Origin: Bugula neritina
Taxonomy: Eukaryota; Animalia; Bryozoa
DNA length: 64,000 nucleotides
Assembly (NCBI GenBank): GCA_964035545.1
Contig: OZ037765.1
Location: 28,395,504 to 28,459,503 of the forward strand
Reading direction: 5' to 3'
The notes below the pieces were generated by a model, which saw only the letters and a list, made by a program, of their open reading frames with translations, ran no database searches and was not told the origin of the DNA. This document shows, one piece after another, positions 26,101-40,510 of the stretch (position 1 is its first letter; every line of letters starts with the position of its first letter). The position numbers and the translations under genes are program-made.

Positions 26101-29100
26101 AGCCATGTTTATTAATGAAGATTCATTTGGCCCGCTAAAAGTAACTTTGGTTTTTTAAAACTGTTTTGTGTTCAAAGCAGTTCTAGCCCTGAGATATTCT
26201 TTAACCATCGCCCTAAATTTAGTTATCTTTCTTTAAAACTGCCAGCTACAGATTGTAAACAGAGCGAGAGAGAGCTTGCTGTTGACTCTGTGGATTTGGG
26301 ATTAGAATTTTATCAGCTGTATTTTAAATATCTAGTATGGTTTGATAATTTTCACATTCACAGCTGCCTACTACAGCAGCAAAATATTATTATCTGTGCT
26401 TTTTTCTATATTACACAGTAGAAATTACAGGTTTCACAGTTTAGAATAATACAGATGTAAAACACACTGTCAATGTCTTTCACAATCAAATGCTTCAGAG
26501 TCTAAAACTTCACATGAACCTTAAATTTGAATTACTATTTTGCATATCCAGCAAAAATGAATTAATCTATGAGAGTATGGGTTACAAAAGAGAAGACAAC
26601 TTCTAAGAGAGACTGAATAATAGAAATAAAGAAAGAAACTTCAATTACCTCGAGCTGCTTGCTTTCATTGCGTTTGGCTATGGCTATGTTGTAAGATGGT
26701 GGAACAGTGGGTCTATGCTGACTTACGTTACCATTGCTGCCATTAGCTGACCTCCTGGAGATGCCACGCGAGTAACCCGGCCGGGATGATAAGTGGTGCA
26801 TCCGCTGACCTAAACACACATATATAAAGTAAGTAAAATCGCAAACAGAATATATATATATGGTCAAAATTATAACTATAGCAGCAAAAAACATGATGAG
26901 CCAAAATACCTGTTTTAGAGTTATCTTCTCACGCTACAGCTAACTGGTGACTGAAAACCATGAAATTTACAAAAAAATACCAGTGTTACTTTTTATGCAC
27001 TCTTTAAAAATTAAAATGCAGTGAAGAAATTACAATTTTCAAATAAATGAACAATTAAAAATAATAACTTGGTGTAAGTTTTGTAAACCGTATTCTAAGT
27101 TAGTTTTGCAAGTCCTCTAACCTGCATAGGAGAATCCATCCACGTCACTGGCGTAACCATCCCCTACACTTCGCTGGCTGTACCTCTCCCACTCATGGCC
27201 ATCTCGGCCCTGCTGGAGCGGATATCTGGGTCTGGACCTGGTGTCACTGGCCGCTCTAGAAGCCCCTTTAAACTGGGAGTTGTAATAACCCAAATCAGAC
27301 TGCACTTCGGGGTTCTTCCTGTGTTTTTGCATTCGCTGATAATACTTGAAACTAAAAGAAACATATAAAAGTATTATATTCATAATCTTCCACAAATAAA
27401 TGAAAAGTTACACATTTTAAAAAATATTCACGGAAATATAAAATATTGTTAATGAGAAAACTAACCGACGCTGATACATTTTGGGATCTTCATTTGACAC
27501 AAACACACCGAAAGTTTCTTCCTGGCTATTAGCCATTTGACCGTTAGAAGTTGAAAGCTTGTCAGCCTGTGATCTGGAGATGTCAGCAGGTGCCCTAGAA
27601 GTGTCAGCAGGTGTCCTAGCAGTGTCAGCAGGTGCCCTAGAACTATCAGGTGTATCTTGTAACTGCAGCTGACTAGTGAGATAGCGGTCGTACGGCTGTC
27701 CTCTGAGTGATTGCTGACTGCTGTACGGCAGCCGAGATGTGTCATGATGTGACTGATTGTCTCTGGCAGCTGACCTGCTGCTCGGCGTTCTCTTTACTTC
27801 AGTATTGGCAGCAGATCTAGATTCAGTAGGCAGGTGGGAGGAAGCATGATAGTGGCCATTTTGTATTGTCTTAGGCTGACTATAGGTTGATGAGAGACTG
27901 GAACCGTTAATCTTGCCTGAGGGTGAGCTAACAGTTGTAGACTCTGCATCCAGACCTCTTTCTGACAGTTTAGAATGTCTTCTGTCTTTCACTGTATAGT
28001 AATTACTTGTTGCATTAAAATATATGCATAAAAAGCCTCAATTACATCATCTCAACATGATAATGTCTAAATTGTATGTTCAAATGATAAAACAACATAA
28101 AGGTCACTCACATTTATTGGGCTGCCTCGTTAAATCCTGAGATGAATTTTGTTTGTGATGGGCAAGCAGAGACAGCTGTACATCTTCTGAATTAACTTCC
28201 TGGGAATGTCGGTTTATCCTCGCTTTATCTTTAGCAACTTTTTCCTAACAAAAAACATGGTTTCTTTGAAAGTCTTGAAATTTATTTTTTCAACACTTTT
28301 TTTATATTATCAGAGAAACTGCTTCTACACAACATAGAATACCATTCCAGCTAGTTGGCATAAGCTGTGCTTTTTAGGCAAATTATTTTCAATGTCAGAT
28401 AACGCGAAACCAAAAACTGCAAAAATATAATTGACACCAACTAAGCACCATGGCAACTACGGTATTTAGAATTCAAATGAGCAAAGGCCAACCTTTTCCA
28501 GTTTAACTAATCTGTGAGTAGAAGTCTTTGGTGAATCAGGTGCAGAACCAAGGAGTATGTTGCTAGCTGTTTGCTCCTACAATATTAGGTACCGCATGGT
28601 GTTGAAATGAGATAATTAGCAAGATGTGAACAGCCAGTATACAGAAAGTATAATTAGCAGACTAGAAAGAAATGCATACATTTGGACTATTGTCATTTTC
28701 AGCATCACCACCTTCCGTCGTTTTTCTAATCGCTTCATTCTTCATGTGCCGAGTTCGAACTCTCATCTCCTTAGGATACGATGAATTGACCTGCTAAAAC
28801 ATGCAAAATTGAACTATAAACACTTGCCACACCAACAAGTTAAGACAGGCCTGTGCGTTAAAGATTTCATGCTCAGAATTAAACTCATACGATCAAATAG
28901 CAATAGTCACTGCAATAAGCATACGTTGCAACTAGTAGACCCTGCATCTTCAAATTGTATCTGTAACCGCTGCTGCCGCTGCTCCTCCCAGAGAGACGGG
29001 TGGAAGCTCTGGCTGTCATCCCCATACGAATCTATTGGATCCATTCGCTGCTGAGGCAGCAGATAGCAGGTAAGGCATCGTCTGTTTGTTTCTGGGTCAG

Positions 29101-32100
29101 TAGCCGCTTGCAGACGAATTAAAGCTTTTGACTGAAAATATCCAAAAATAAATGGGCTGCATAAATCACCATTTGACAAGTTGATACATCACTGTCTCTG
29201 TGTTGAGTGAAATATTGTTCTTCCAAGACTGAAAACCAAAGAGCATACAGCAGGAAATAGAATTCTGTAAGATGAACTCTTTGCATTTAGCTGAAGTAAA
29301 CAGCAACAGAGTTTACAGACTATGGCTTTGCCATCTTCTGCAATCTTTCTAGATATCACACAATATTTGTACAAATGACTTTTCAACAAATGAAGAAACT
29401 TAAGTAGATTGGAAAGATATAAGAATTCACCTGCAAATGTGCTTTACTATTGCGGAATTCCAGTGAATTACACATTAAAGGAGGGCAACCGAGTGCACAG
29501 CTCTTAGAAATTACACTATTATGCTGTGTTATTTAATTGAGTCATTGAGATGTTGAATGCAAAAACATAAGTGGGTGATTATTTGAAAAACTAGTCCATA
29601 AGTAGGTTTACATTGTACACAGTAGAGAGTAAATTCATGTTTAGTAAAACAAGAGTAGTTGTTGAAAATTGTCTAAAATACTATAGCAAGGTTGTATTAT
29701 AAAGGCTGTATTGATAGAAAGGTGGGAGTACTAAGCTGGGTATGTAAACATTCTAACAAGGAGGAATTGTTGGTCTCTATGAATAGGAGGTATTGTTAGC
29801 CAACCACTTGAGATTCTGCAAACTTCATCCAACTATAGGATGTTCAAATAAACCCAGCATGTGACTAGCTTCTCAATTACAAAAAAAATTAAATTAACAT
29901 TATGACTAAATTTTGAACCTCATGAAAGAGGAATTTAATTAAAAAGTTCACTCAAAAAAGGCGAGTTAATGCAGATCATACAAAATGCCCTGCGACAGTT
30001 GATAATCATGTCTAAATCATGTATAAATGAGCTCTCCAGTGAACGGCTCCTCATACTTGACGTGTATGCTGATAAAATGAAGGAGCGTTTCGAAGAAATG
30101 TGCCAGAGATGCGTGAAGAGCAAGAATTGCCTCATTAGTATGCATGTCTATTACGCATACGGAGCAATAAATCACGCACCACTTTCTCTCTCAAACACAG
30201 CGGTTTGGCTAAGAGAATTGCTAAGTCTTGGTTTCATACACAACGTTTCAATGGCAGTCAGTGCATTCTTGTGGATTTCATTCAGTTACATGTTGTGGAA
30301 GTAGAGGCTGATTAGTACAATGACCTTTATAATTAATATATATTATCAGACTAATTAATAGCCATTTTATTAAAATTAATAACTGACCTGGTTTTCAGCA
30401 AGCCACAGAGCTTGTAGCTCCTTAAGATTCATCAGACTGTAGGGCAGAACTTTTACTTCATTGTCACTTAAGTTCAACACCCTTAGCCTAGGGATTCGGC
30501 CAATCTCATCAGGTAGGTAGGTTAGCCTGTTGCTTCGAACTAAAACATTAATTCCACCATTAACTTAGCCTATTATAGCATGTTGCATGAAAACGGATAT
30601 TTAGCGCAAAACTAACCACACTTTTTTTTAGTAAGTACTGACAGTGCTATTACGAAATAGAAAGTTTCCCAATTTTTTATCAAGTTTTCAATTTACTTTT
30701 GATGGTTGCATTTTTTATGATAATAAAATTTGATTTATGACTAATCATAAAGTTATTTTCATAATAATATTTTCCCTTTTTCATCCCTGCCCTGGACATT
30801 CCAAATTTCATGAATAATAACCATTTGCTACACTTTGGCTACACTACACTAACTATACACTACACTAACTACACACTACACTAACTATACACTACACTAA
30901 CTACACACTACACTAACTATACACTACACTAACTAAACACTACACTAACTATACACTACACTAACTACACACTACACTAACTATACACTACACTAACTAC
31001 ACACTACACTAACTACACACTACACTAACTATACACTACACTAACTATACATTACACTAACTACACACTATACTAACTATACACTACACTAACTACACAC
31101 TACACTAACTATACACTACACTAACTATACATTACACTAACTATACACTAAACTAACTATACACTACACTAACTATACACTACACTAACTATACATTACA
31201 CTAACTATACACTAAACTAACTATACACTACACTAACTACACACTACACTAACTACACTAACTATACACTACACTAACTATACACTACACTAACTACACA
31301 CTACACTAACTACACACTACACTAACTACACACTACACTAACTATACACTAAACTAACTATACACTACACTAACTATACACTACACTAACTATACACTAC
31401 ACTAACTATATACTACACTAACTATACACTACACTAACTATACACTACACTAACTACACACTACACTAACTATACACTACACTAACTATACACTACACTA
31501 ACTACACACTACACTAACTACACACTACACTAACTACACACTACACTAACTATACACTACACTAACTAAACACTACACTAACTATACACTACACTAACTA
31601 CACACTACACCAACTATACACTACACTAACTATACACTACACTAACTATACACTACACTAACTATACACTACACTAACTATACACACAGCATACCTGACA
31701 GGACGGTGAGCCCAGAGCAGCTCCCCAGTTCACACGGAATATCAGCGAGAAAATTCTCATCTGCTATCAGAGTTCTAAGGTGACGCAACAAGCCAATTGT
31801 GGGGGGTATCTCCTCCAGGTCGTTGGCACTCACATCAAACTCAGATAAGGAAACCAGGCTACAGAATGCAAATATCAGTAAGCAACTTAATTAATGTGGA
31901 TTTGTGTAAAAACTAACACTAACAACGAAAAGCTGCCTCCAAATACAATTTGAAGAGTTCTTATCTTCTATTTTGATGTTGAATAATCATAATAATGAAA
32001 TGTCATGAGCTGTGAGTGGATAACATCCTGAACTTTTGGAGGTAGAAGGAACAGCTGCTTGTAGGGTTAGTAGAGTAAACAATATACACCTTGTAATACT

Positions 32101-35100
32101 TTAGTCATCCACATTAGAAATAACATACAATAATTATAAACTGGTGTATACAGACATACTTTAGTAAAAAAAATAAATGTGTCAAAGAAGCATCAAACTG
32201 AAAAAATGAATTTATGTAAACGTTTGTTTATATAAAAAATAATAATAAGGTAAAGCAACTCCCGCTATGTCTTACATACATGTACAATACTATACAATAT
32301 GTTGGACAGAAATAGCATCACAACACCAATACAGGATGCCTGCAATCCCCACCTTATCTCATCTCTCCACCCCAACCCCCTCTCTCCACCCCTACATTGC
32401 TTCCTCTCTCCACCCCTACCTAGCCCCTCTCTCCACTCACCCGCCAATAGATGAGGGCAGCGACACCAGCTGATTGTCATCTACTTTCAGAGTCGTGATA
32501 TTGCTGAGTCTACCGATACTGTGAGGAAGCGTCTTGAGAAGGTTAGTAGAAAGGTGAAGGTCACTGAGAGAGATGCATCCATCTATCTCATCAGGCAAGT
32601 CAGTGATTCTGTTCTTACACGCATCAAAGTACATCAGCTGTTTCAGATTGCCAATTTCCTGTAAGCAGAAGATGTGGCAGAGTTAAGTGTTGGCAATCAC
32701 ATTTATGGAAACTAACAGACTCTTTGAAAGCCCTCCGTGGTAATTACATCAAGTAGACAGTTCCTACAAGTTTTGAAAATGAATGAATACTTTTCATATA
32801 ATTGCAATTTTTTCTCCATTATTCAAAGCAAAATTTTTTCCGCAGTTTAGCCCCATTCTGAAATTCCATACCACTGCTGAATGCTAGTCTCGACTATATA
32901 AATAATGTAACCGGGCTTTCATAATTGAAGCTGTCAACTTGGAATGAAACAAATTATTGATTGAGGAGAGCAAAGCTAACAATGAACTGCTATTCTGCTA
33001 TCTTCCTTACAAACAATCTCCATACTACTATTCCACTGTTTTCAAATTGACATAATACTGACCAACTACAAACTGAATTCTGCTGAAAATATGAATGCCA
33101 AATGCTAAAACATTTATTGCATAACATGTAACCATGAGAAGAGTTTCTGTTGGGTTGACTAAGTAATAGTTACAGAGATAAAAGTGGTCACAGCCTACCT
33201 TTGGAATACTAGTGATCTGGTTGGAGTCACACCAGAGTTCTAGAAGGTTCTTCAGTGTAGCCACAACAGATCCAGACTGCAAAAATATAAAATTCACTCT
33301 AAATTTCATCAAAATATGAGTTTAACCATTTATAGAAATGGATATCATAAGTTAGTTATTTTGCTTTATTGTTATCAAGACTGAAGAGTTGTGATAACAC
33401 TGAACATTGCAGTTACCAACATACACCTTGTGTAACATTATTATGTATTACACAAACGGAATGTTTCACTTTTCCAAAATGAAGAAAGTATGTAAACTAT
33501 GACCAAAGAATCTGCATGAACCAACTGTAAGCGGTTTATCCCCCATCCAACCCACAAAAATGCATTTATCATGAAACGTCTACTAAGCCAAGCATGAAAC
33601 TTCACCAATCTCTCTATTGCTCAATAGTTCAACTTCGGTTTTTTGTAAAGATTTCTTATTAACTAGGATATATCTAAATACTTGTATAATATTGTGACAC
33701 TGCACATCCACCTACTGTCAACATGCATAATCAAAATGAAGCAATAGCAAGCTCTTCTTACTTCAGGGATGAAATAAGTGGGATTTATAAACTACTTTGT
33801 GTCAAATAATGAATGGAACGGCCACTACAACAGACCCTCTGCTTTATCCACTCAAATATAACTAGTCTATCCGTGTACACAAAGGTGTATGCTATGTGTA
33901 TGTATGCTATGTGTATGTATGCTATGTGTGTGTATGCTATGTGTGTGTATGATATGTGTATGTATGCTATGTGTATGTATGCTATGTGTATGTATGCTAT
34001 GTGTGTATGCTATGTGTATGTATGCTATGTGTATGTATGCTATGTGTATGTATGCTATGTGTATGCTATGTGTGTGTATGCTATGTGTGTGTATGCTATG
34101 TGTGTGTATGCTATGTGTATGTTATGTGTATGCTATGTGTGTGTATGCTATGTGTGTGTATGCTATGTGTGTGTATGCTATGTGTGTGTATGCTATGTGT
34201 ATGTTATGTGTATGCTATGTGTGTGTATGCTATGTGTGTGTATGCTATGTGTGTGTATGCCATGTGTGTGTATGTTATGTGTATGCTATGTGTATGCTAT
34301 GTGTATGTTATGTGTGTGTATGCTATGTGTGTGTATGCTATGTGTGTGTATGCTATGTGTATGTATGCTATGTGTATGTATGCTATGTGTATGTATGCTA
34401 TGTGTATGCTATGTGTATGTATGCTATGTGTGTGTATGCTATGTGTATGTATGCTATGTGTATGTATGCTATGTGTATGTATGCTATGTGTATGTATGCT
34501 ATGTGTGTATGCTATGCAAATACTACACTAAAACACTTTGTGTAATCATTCAGTGAATTCTATTGAGTAAAGCAGAGACAAAGCAAAACATTGTATCAGG
34601 TGAATGAGGTGTAAATTATGAGTTAACCGATTAGTAGGATTAGTAAGTGAGTGGTGCTGTAACAGGGTGGGAGTTACTCTTCAAGGGTGCGCCACCAGCT
34701 ATAGCACACACTTGCTTACTTCTAATAGTTAACATAGTGTAACTGAACCCCAGAATGTATCATATTATTACAAGAATATACTATGGAAGATGCAAGTAAT
34801 AAATTAGGTAATGACAGGCTGAGACTGACCAGTTCTGTGAACTCATTGCAGCCAATATCCAGTCTCTCCAGCTCTGTTAGTCTGGCCAATGACTGTGGTA
34901 AAGTCTTTAAGTGGTTTTCTCTTAATTCTAGAGTCTTTAGCTGTGATAATCTACGGAAATACAATTGTTTTACTGCTGCGAAACATAAAGCCATGATTGA
35001 TGGCACCATTATATAACAATATTTATCAGTTGGCAATGGCAGTGAAATATTTTACAGAAATAGGTCTCCGCCCTGATCATGAGTCAGATAATTGATTTTA

Positions 35101-38038
35101 AATATAATTTGAAAACAGTTTTTAAAAATAAAAATATTTGGACCAGGATCACTGTTATCTGGTTGAAATATCTATGAACTTTGAAAATAATATTTAGGTC
35201 ATTTAGTCTTTAGGCTACATGGCAACTGCCAGCTACATAAAATTAGAGCCTAGTTAAAATGATTTAGTTAATTTGTTAGTAACTGCATAGTGACTGCATA
35301 GTGACTGTTAGTGACTGAAAGCCCAGTAGTCACTGTTTGCACCTGATGATGTATATTAATAAGATATCCATACAGGCAAAAGATCTAATCCAATTAAGGG
35401 GCACTTGACTAGGGCTGCTAAGGGGTACTGCTCATCAGTTGGTAGCAATTAATTACTGAATCCAACAAAAATCACTCCATACTTTAGACAATGACATGTG
35501 TTTCCTTTGTAAGGTTACACAGTCATAATTACCATAAGCAGGCCGATGAGTACTGCATACATACTGTGTACATAATGGCCACAGACCCACTCAAAAGTAC
35601 TACCATATGCTACAGGTATTGAGGGCACACTTCTAGGTAAGCTGTGCATGTAATTATTCATTATTAGCTGTCACGGGTCCCTCTGTCAAAACTGTTTCCA
35701 GCTTTGATGGGCGAAGGAAACACTTTCATCTGACGTAAAGCTAAGATATCAACACCCAATAATTTCTTTTAAAGTGTTAAGTTACTACATGCCTGCTCGG
35801 ATCTGTTATAGGATTAGGTTAGCCAACATGAACATCCTGATGTTGATATTGTATTTACAAGCTGAGGTCAGATTAGGTTAGATTCAAGGGTTTGGGTGTA
35901 TAATACAATGGAATATGGTGGGGAATGTATATGATTTAGAAAGCAATATTTCAGATCTATAATTTTTTTATGGCTTTGCATAAAATCACATGATATAAAG
36001 TTTCTATTATCACGATGTGCACTAAAATTCAACGGCAGATCATGTTTTTTATCTGTAATTGGTAGCCAAGGCATGTACAATGATTGCTATCTTCAAAAGT
36101 ATGGAAACATCATTAGAGTTGCTTAATGGCTACGAAGGATATTCATTCTGATGTAAATTTGTCTCGTTGGAGTATAATGATTCACCAACAGTCTAAGATA
36201 TGCAGTAATTGTTCAGTAGAAACAGTAGAAACTGCTTTTAAATTACTGATTAATGGTATAGTTATGAGCAACTTAATAAATGTGAATGTTTATGCTGATA
36301 TATTATAATATAGAATAATACTTTACTGGTAAAATATTTTAATTCACTATACTGAATTATGAGCTAGACAATATATTGACTATTAAAAGAGATGAACCGA
36401 CGTACCTTCCGAAGTTACCTGGAATATACTCAAGGAAACAGTCATTCAGACAGACTTGAGTGAGATTAAGAAGCTGTGTAAACCCATCCGGCAGCCTGAA
36501 GGGAACAATGAGACACAGTCAATGCAGTGCCTAGTTTATTATTCAGTATACAAAGTAAACACATACACAACTGTAAGCCACATAATCAACCTTCAACATC
36601 AGCTCACACAGTTCTCCTATACTTAAATGTGTATCTTGTTGACTTGACAATATATTCAGGGAAGTATCTTTTTCACACAACTAAGCAAAAAATAAAACAC
36701 TTCTATTCCAATGTATCACAGGCAATCGTACGAAAAACTGATGCATAAATTACAAATACGCATAGGGAAAGGGTGAGATTTATGGCTTATTCAACTCCAG
36801 TGGGTATCTCTGATTTATGCAAGATACAAACAGACTAGAGAAGGTTGTGGTGTACTAGTGATTCTAGCACAGCAACATCACACAACCCAGTAATCTAATG
36901 CTCACTCACTTCCCCAGAGGGTTGACACTCGCATCAAGGACACTCAGGTACTTCAAAGTCTTCAAATTCTCTGGTAGCTCAACAATACCTGCGTGAAAAC
37001 ACAACACTTTGTCAACTCCAGTAAGAAGGTTCACAAATATTTGGCAAAACTACTCTCTAACTACAAGTTAAGGACAATTCTGGCAGCAACATAAGTGTTC
37101 CTATCCTCACTGTGGATTTCAATATGGGCACGCTCAACCCACACACCAAATTAAGAGACACAAATTCCAAATAAAAAATAAGGTAATGCCAGACTGCCAA
37201 AGTAACTATGAATGTGAATACAGACAGAACTATCTGTTTCAGTTGCATTAACTCAAACTGCCTGCATTATGCTCTTTTCTTTACAAGCTGTATATTGCAT
37301 ACATAAAATGAATAATGATATCTAATGAAACATGTAATCTATTATGTAGATAGATATGAATACACACCATTTTTACTTAGATCAAGTTTTTCTATATTTG
37401 TTAAAGCTGAAACAGCGGGTGGTATAGAAGTGATTTCATTATCACTGAGAGTTAGAATCCTCAGGCCATGGCAATGGAATATCTCCTGTTGGAAAAGCAT
37501 ATGGCATGGTCTAGATATTGTACGTGTATATATTGATATTACTGTCACTCCATGTTAGATATACTGGGAAATATGCATGCTATTAATACCTTTCTGCATA
37601 TAATATTCAGTTAGTAACATTCCATTATAATAGAGTTATTTCACATAAAAACTTGCTATTCGCTTGGCTATTGCAGCTGCTAGTCCATATGATATAGTAG
37701 TAGACTACAAAGAGTCCATTGATCGAATTACATCACCAAGCTTTAAACAATCAATTGAAAACTTCTAATTGTAGAAAATAGTAATTACTAGACAGCGAAA
37801 GTCATCAAAGAAAACGTTTGCAGTATTCAATGACTTTTTGAATGTATGGTTTAGTATGTCTATTCATCCCATGACATACCCTTGGCAAAACTTTAATTTG
37901 ATTGGAGTCTATGTGTAGCTCTTCAAGAGATCTTTCAGCATTAAAAACAGCACTGGGGACCTGATTCAGCCCGCTGTGTCTGTAGTCAAGTGACTTCACA
38001 TCCACCACCTTGCGGATGCAGCAACCAAACAGGGGCAT
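23157..38038 (-). CDS. LAP1-type LRR and PDZ protein (Erbin/Densin-180/LET-413-like), about 21 coding exons
   Basis: The N-terminus [33 protein letters not shown] is followed by a series of LRR exons ([20 protein letters not shown]) and the LAP-specific [24 protein letters not shown] single C-terminal PDZ follows ([35 protein letters not shown]). One PDZ excludes Scribble. TAG stop at 23157-23159. Confidence 0.9.
27562..27650 (-). repeat. Coding 21-bp tandem repeat (SRAPADT-like, about 4 copies) in the LAP linker
   Basis: [28 protein letters not shown], in frame. Confidence 0.8.
30838..31686. repeat. 17-bp minisatellite (actacactaactataca), about 50 copies, in a LAP intron next to a donor site
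   Basis: Tandem array is visible. Confidence 0.97.
33885..34516. repeat. 14/10-bp satellite (gtatgctatgtgt[a/g]t) in a LAP intron
   Basis: Tandem array; it accounts for the spurious ORFs at 33813-34556. Confidence 0.97.
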
Positions 38039-39499
38039 TCTACATCTGCTGTTCTAGCCAATGGCAGTTTGGAAGTTTACCAACTCATTTATCTATGCAC
38101 AACAAAGCCTATTAATTAAATTAAGTGTCTGCCCAGCAAGAGCAATGAATAATTATCTTCATAAATTAGTATTAAAATGAATACAATTTCCAAAATATTA
38201 AGGAGACGTTAATCTGATAATTTATTTATTAAAACCAATAGTTCAATCAAATCAATCGAAGTAAAAAGAAAACTGATCAAATTATTTAATGCAAAATATT
38301 GGAGAAGTATGCTTTTATGGTGAGATAGATTATTTGGCTAGTCAATCTTACTTGACCACACACTATTATTTTTAAAGAACATAAAAAAAATGCTGCAATG
38401 TTGTACTCTTTTAAAAGTAAAAATATCAATTCTAAATACTACCTTCAACTAAAGAGAAGCAAATATTATTTAAGTTTGTAAAACCAAAAGACTATATAAA
38501 ATTTCTAAATCAACGTTTCATAAAAAACTTACAAAAAAAACTGAAACAACGACGTTAAATTAAAAAAACAAAAACAAAAAACCGAAAGTGACAAGCTTAG
38601 AAGCTTTAAAATTGACACCTTTCATGTAACATCATGCATGGCATGAGTCATCAGATTTCATGGGAAATTGAGAATTTAAAAGTTCACTGTTCACAAACCA
38701 ATAAAGAATTGTGCTTTCAACAGCAACATTTTACATTGTCTGTGATTAGTAGTAATAATCAGCAGTTAATTCACAACTGGTGAATATTAACATCCAAACA
38801 GTAAAGCTGCTAGAGATTAGATTAGGTTTAACATTACTGAATAGACAACCACAACAATAAAACTAATTTAAGTATAACCTATAGTTTACCTTAAACATCA
38901 GTTGGCATAACTTAGCATATGTTTGAGTAGAACTATTAGCATCTAAATCCTAAAACTTGACCCAACCATCTGATGTATCTGATGGTGTCTATCCATGAGT
39001 CTACTGAGTTGAGAGTTAAATTAAGACGATGAAAATTTCAAAATGAATGTCGCTACCTTCTTTGTAACTATAATCACCATACTAATGCTTTAATCATTAA
39101 ATTTAGTCGCTCAAAATGATGGTTATAGACAAAATCATACTTGGGCCTTTACTATAGTAATAGAGGCTAATAGTGCTGCCCTAGCCTAGTGATAGTCAGA
39201 GAGATAGTACAGCAGTAGTCGTGGATTTACCTGTTTCAACTAAAATTAAAATAGCATATATATTTTAATTGGTAAGTATTACTCTCAGTATGAGTATTAG
39301 CTTTAGTGTCAATCAACCTCAGTATTTTTATGTCGACATTCAAATATAGTTCATCTTCATACTTGTAGTTACAGTACTAGGATAGATATTACATTCATAG
39401 TTTTTTACTATAAATTATATACATATTAGGTATAATTTAAATTTTATAGATAATCATGATGATGCCCGATTACCAGTAGGCAGTAAGAGTTACATGCCA

Positions 39500-40510
39500 T
39501 TATGGCAATCATTATTATTTGACAATATTAATACTAAGTCTAGTACTAATACAGTATTGTTAATAGTAACACTAACTGTAAGACTAAAGGCTTTTTGCTT
39601 AAGTTCATTTGTATATGTATTAGTAAAACTAATGTAAATGCTTTTACAACAAGTAGTATAAGTATAACTATTAGTATTACAGTTACTAACAGTAACACTA
39701 ACTTAGTCAGACTAACAGTTACAATAACTACTTAAATGGATATTGAAATTATAATAATAATTAGAATAATTATTAGTATAAGAGTTAAATAAAAATTAAT
39801 CATTACTAATGTTATATTTACTATTAGTATTATATCAAATTAAAATAAAAGTAAAAACCAGTAGAGCTGTAAATTTATTTTTCGATTAGTATTACATTTA
39901 ATCAGTAAATACTGTAAATACTAATTTAGTAAATTACTGAATTAGTATTTATAGTATTTCAATTTAGTACTATTTTAATTTTTAAAATTGTAACAAGTAT
40001 AACTAATAACTAATAAGTATAACTGTATAAGTATGAGTATCTGTATAGCAGTGTTACTGTTATACTTATTCTTATATTTATAGTATTATAATTATTATTA
40101 GTATTACTATTAGTATTAGTTAGGCTGAGTAGTCAGTACTTACAGTTACTGTTACAGTGTTAGTGTTATTAACACTAACAGTAACACTAACAGCAAGACA
40201 AGGAGTGAGTGTGACACTAAGACTAAGAGTAAGAGTAAGGCTAAGAGTAAGTGAGATAAATATAGACATAAAGTTAAACACAGTATCAATGTCACTGAGT
40301 GACTCAGACTGTGATTTGTCACTGTGACTGTGACTGTGTCTGTGACTGTCACTGTGTGAATCACTCTGAATGACAGATAGTGAGATACATTTAGTGATTT
40401 ACTTTTACAGTTTTACTTTTACTTTTAGTTTTAGTGATTTACTTTTAGTAGTACAAAATTAATGCTATCAAAATTATATATACCTAGAGTACTACAAGTA
40501 TAAGTATAAG
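39500..40510. repeat. Low-complexity 3/6-bp periodic tract upstream of the LAP gene
   Basis: Degenerate hexamer runs such as agtataactattagtattac, actgtgactgtgactgtg and aagagtaagagt. Confidence 0.7.

Noticed and set aside
30838-31686. Possible telomere-like repeat (TTAG-containing on the minus strand)
   Set aside because: The 17-bp unit lacks TTAGG/TTAGGG and lies inside an intron.
33813-34556. Cys/Met/Val-rich ORFs in three frames
   Set aside because: They are stop-free translations of a simple satellite in a LAP intron.
14062-35228. Scattered X-box-like words (near 14062, 28444 and 35212)
   Set aside because: Only one half-site is good in each case, and such relaxed matches are expected by chance in 64 kb.
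35400-35870. GC-richer intronic stretch with faint Ty3/gypsy pol-like words on the minus strand ([12 protein letters not shown])
   Set aside because: Too degenerate to support without a profile search; no LTRs or continuous frame seen.
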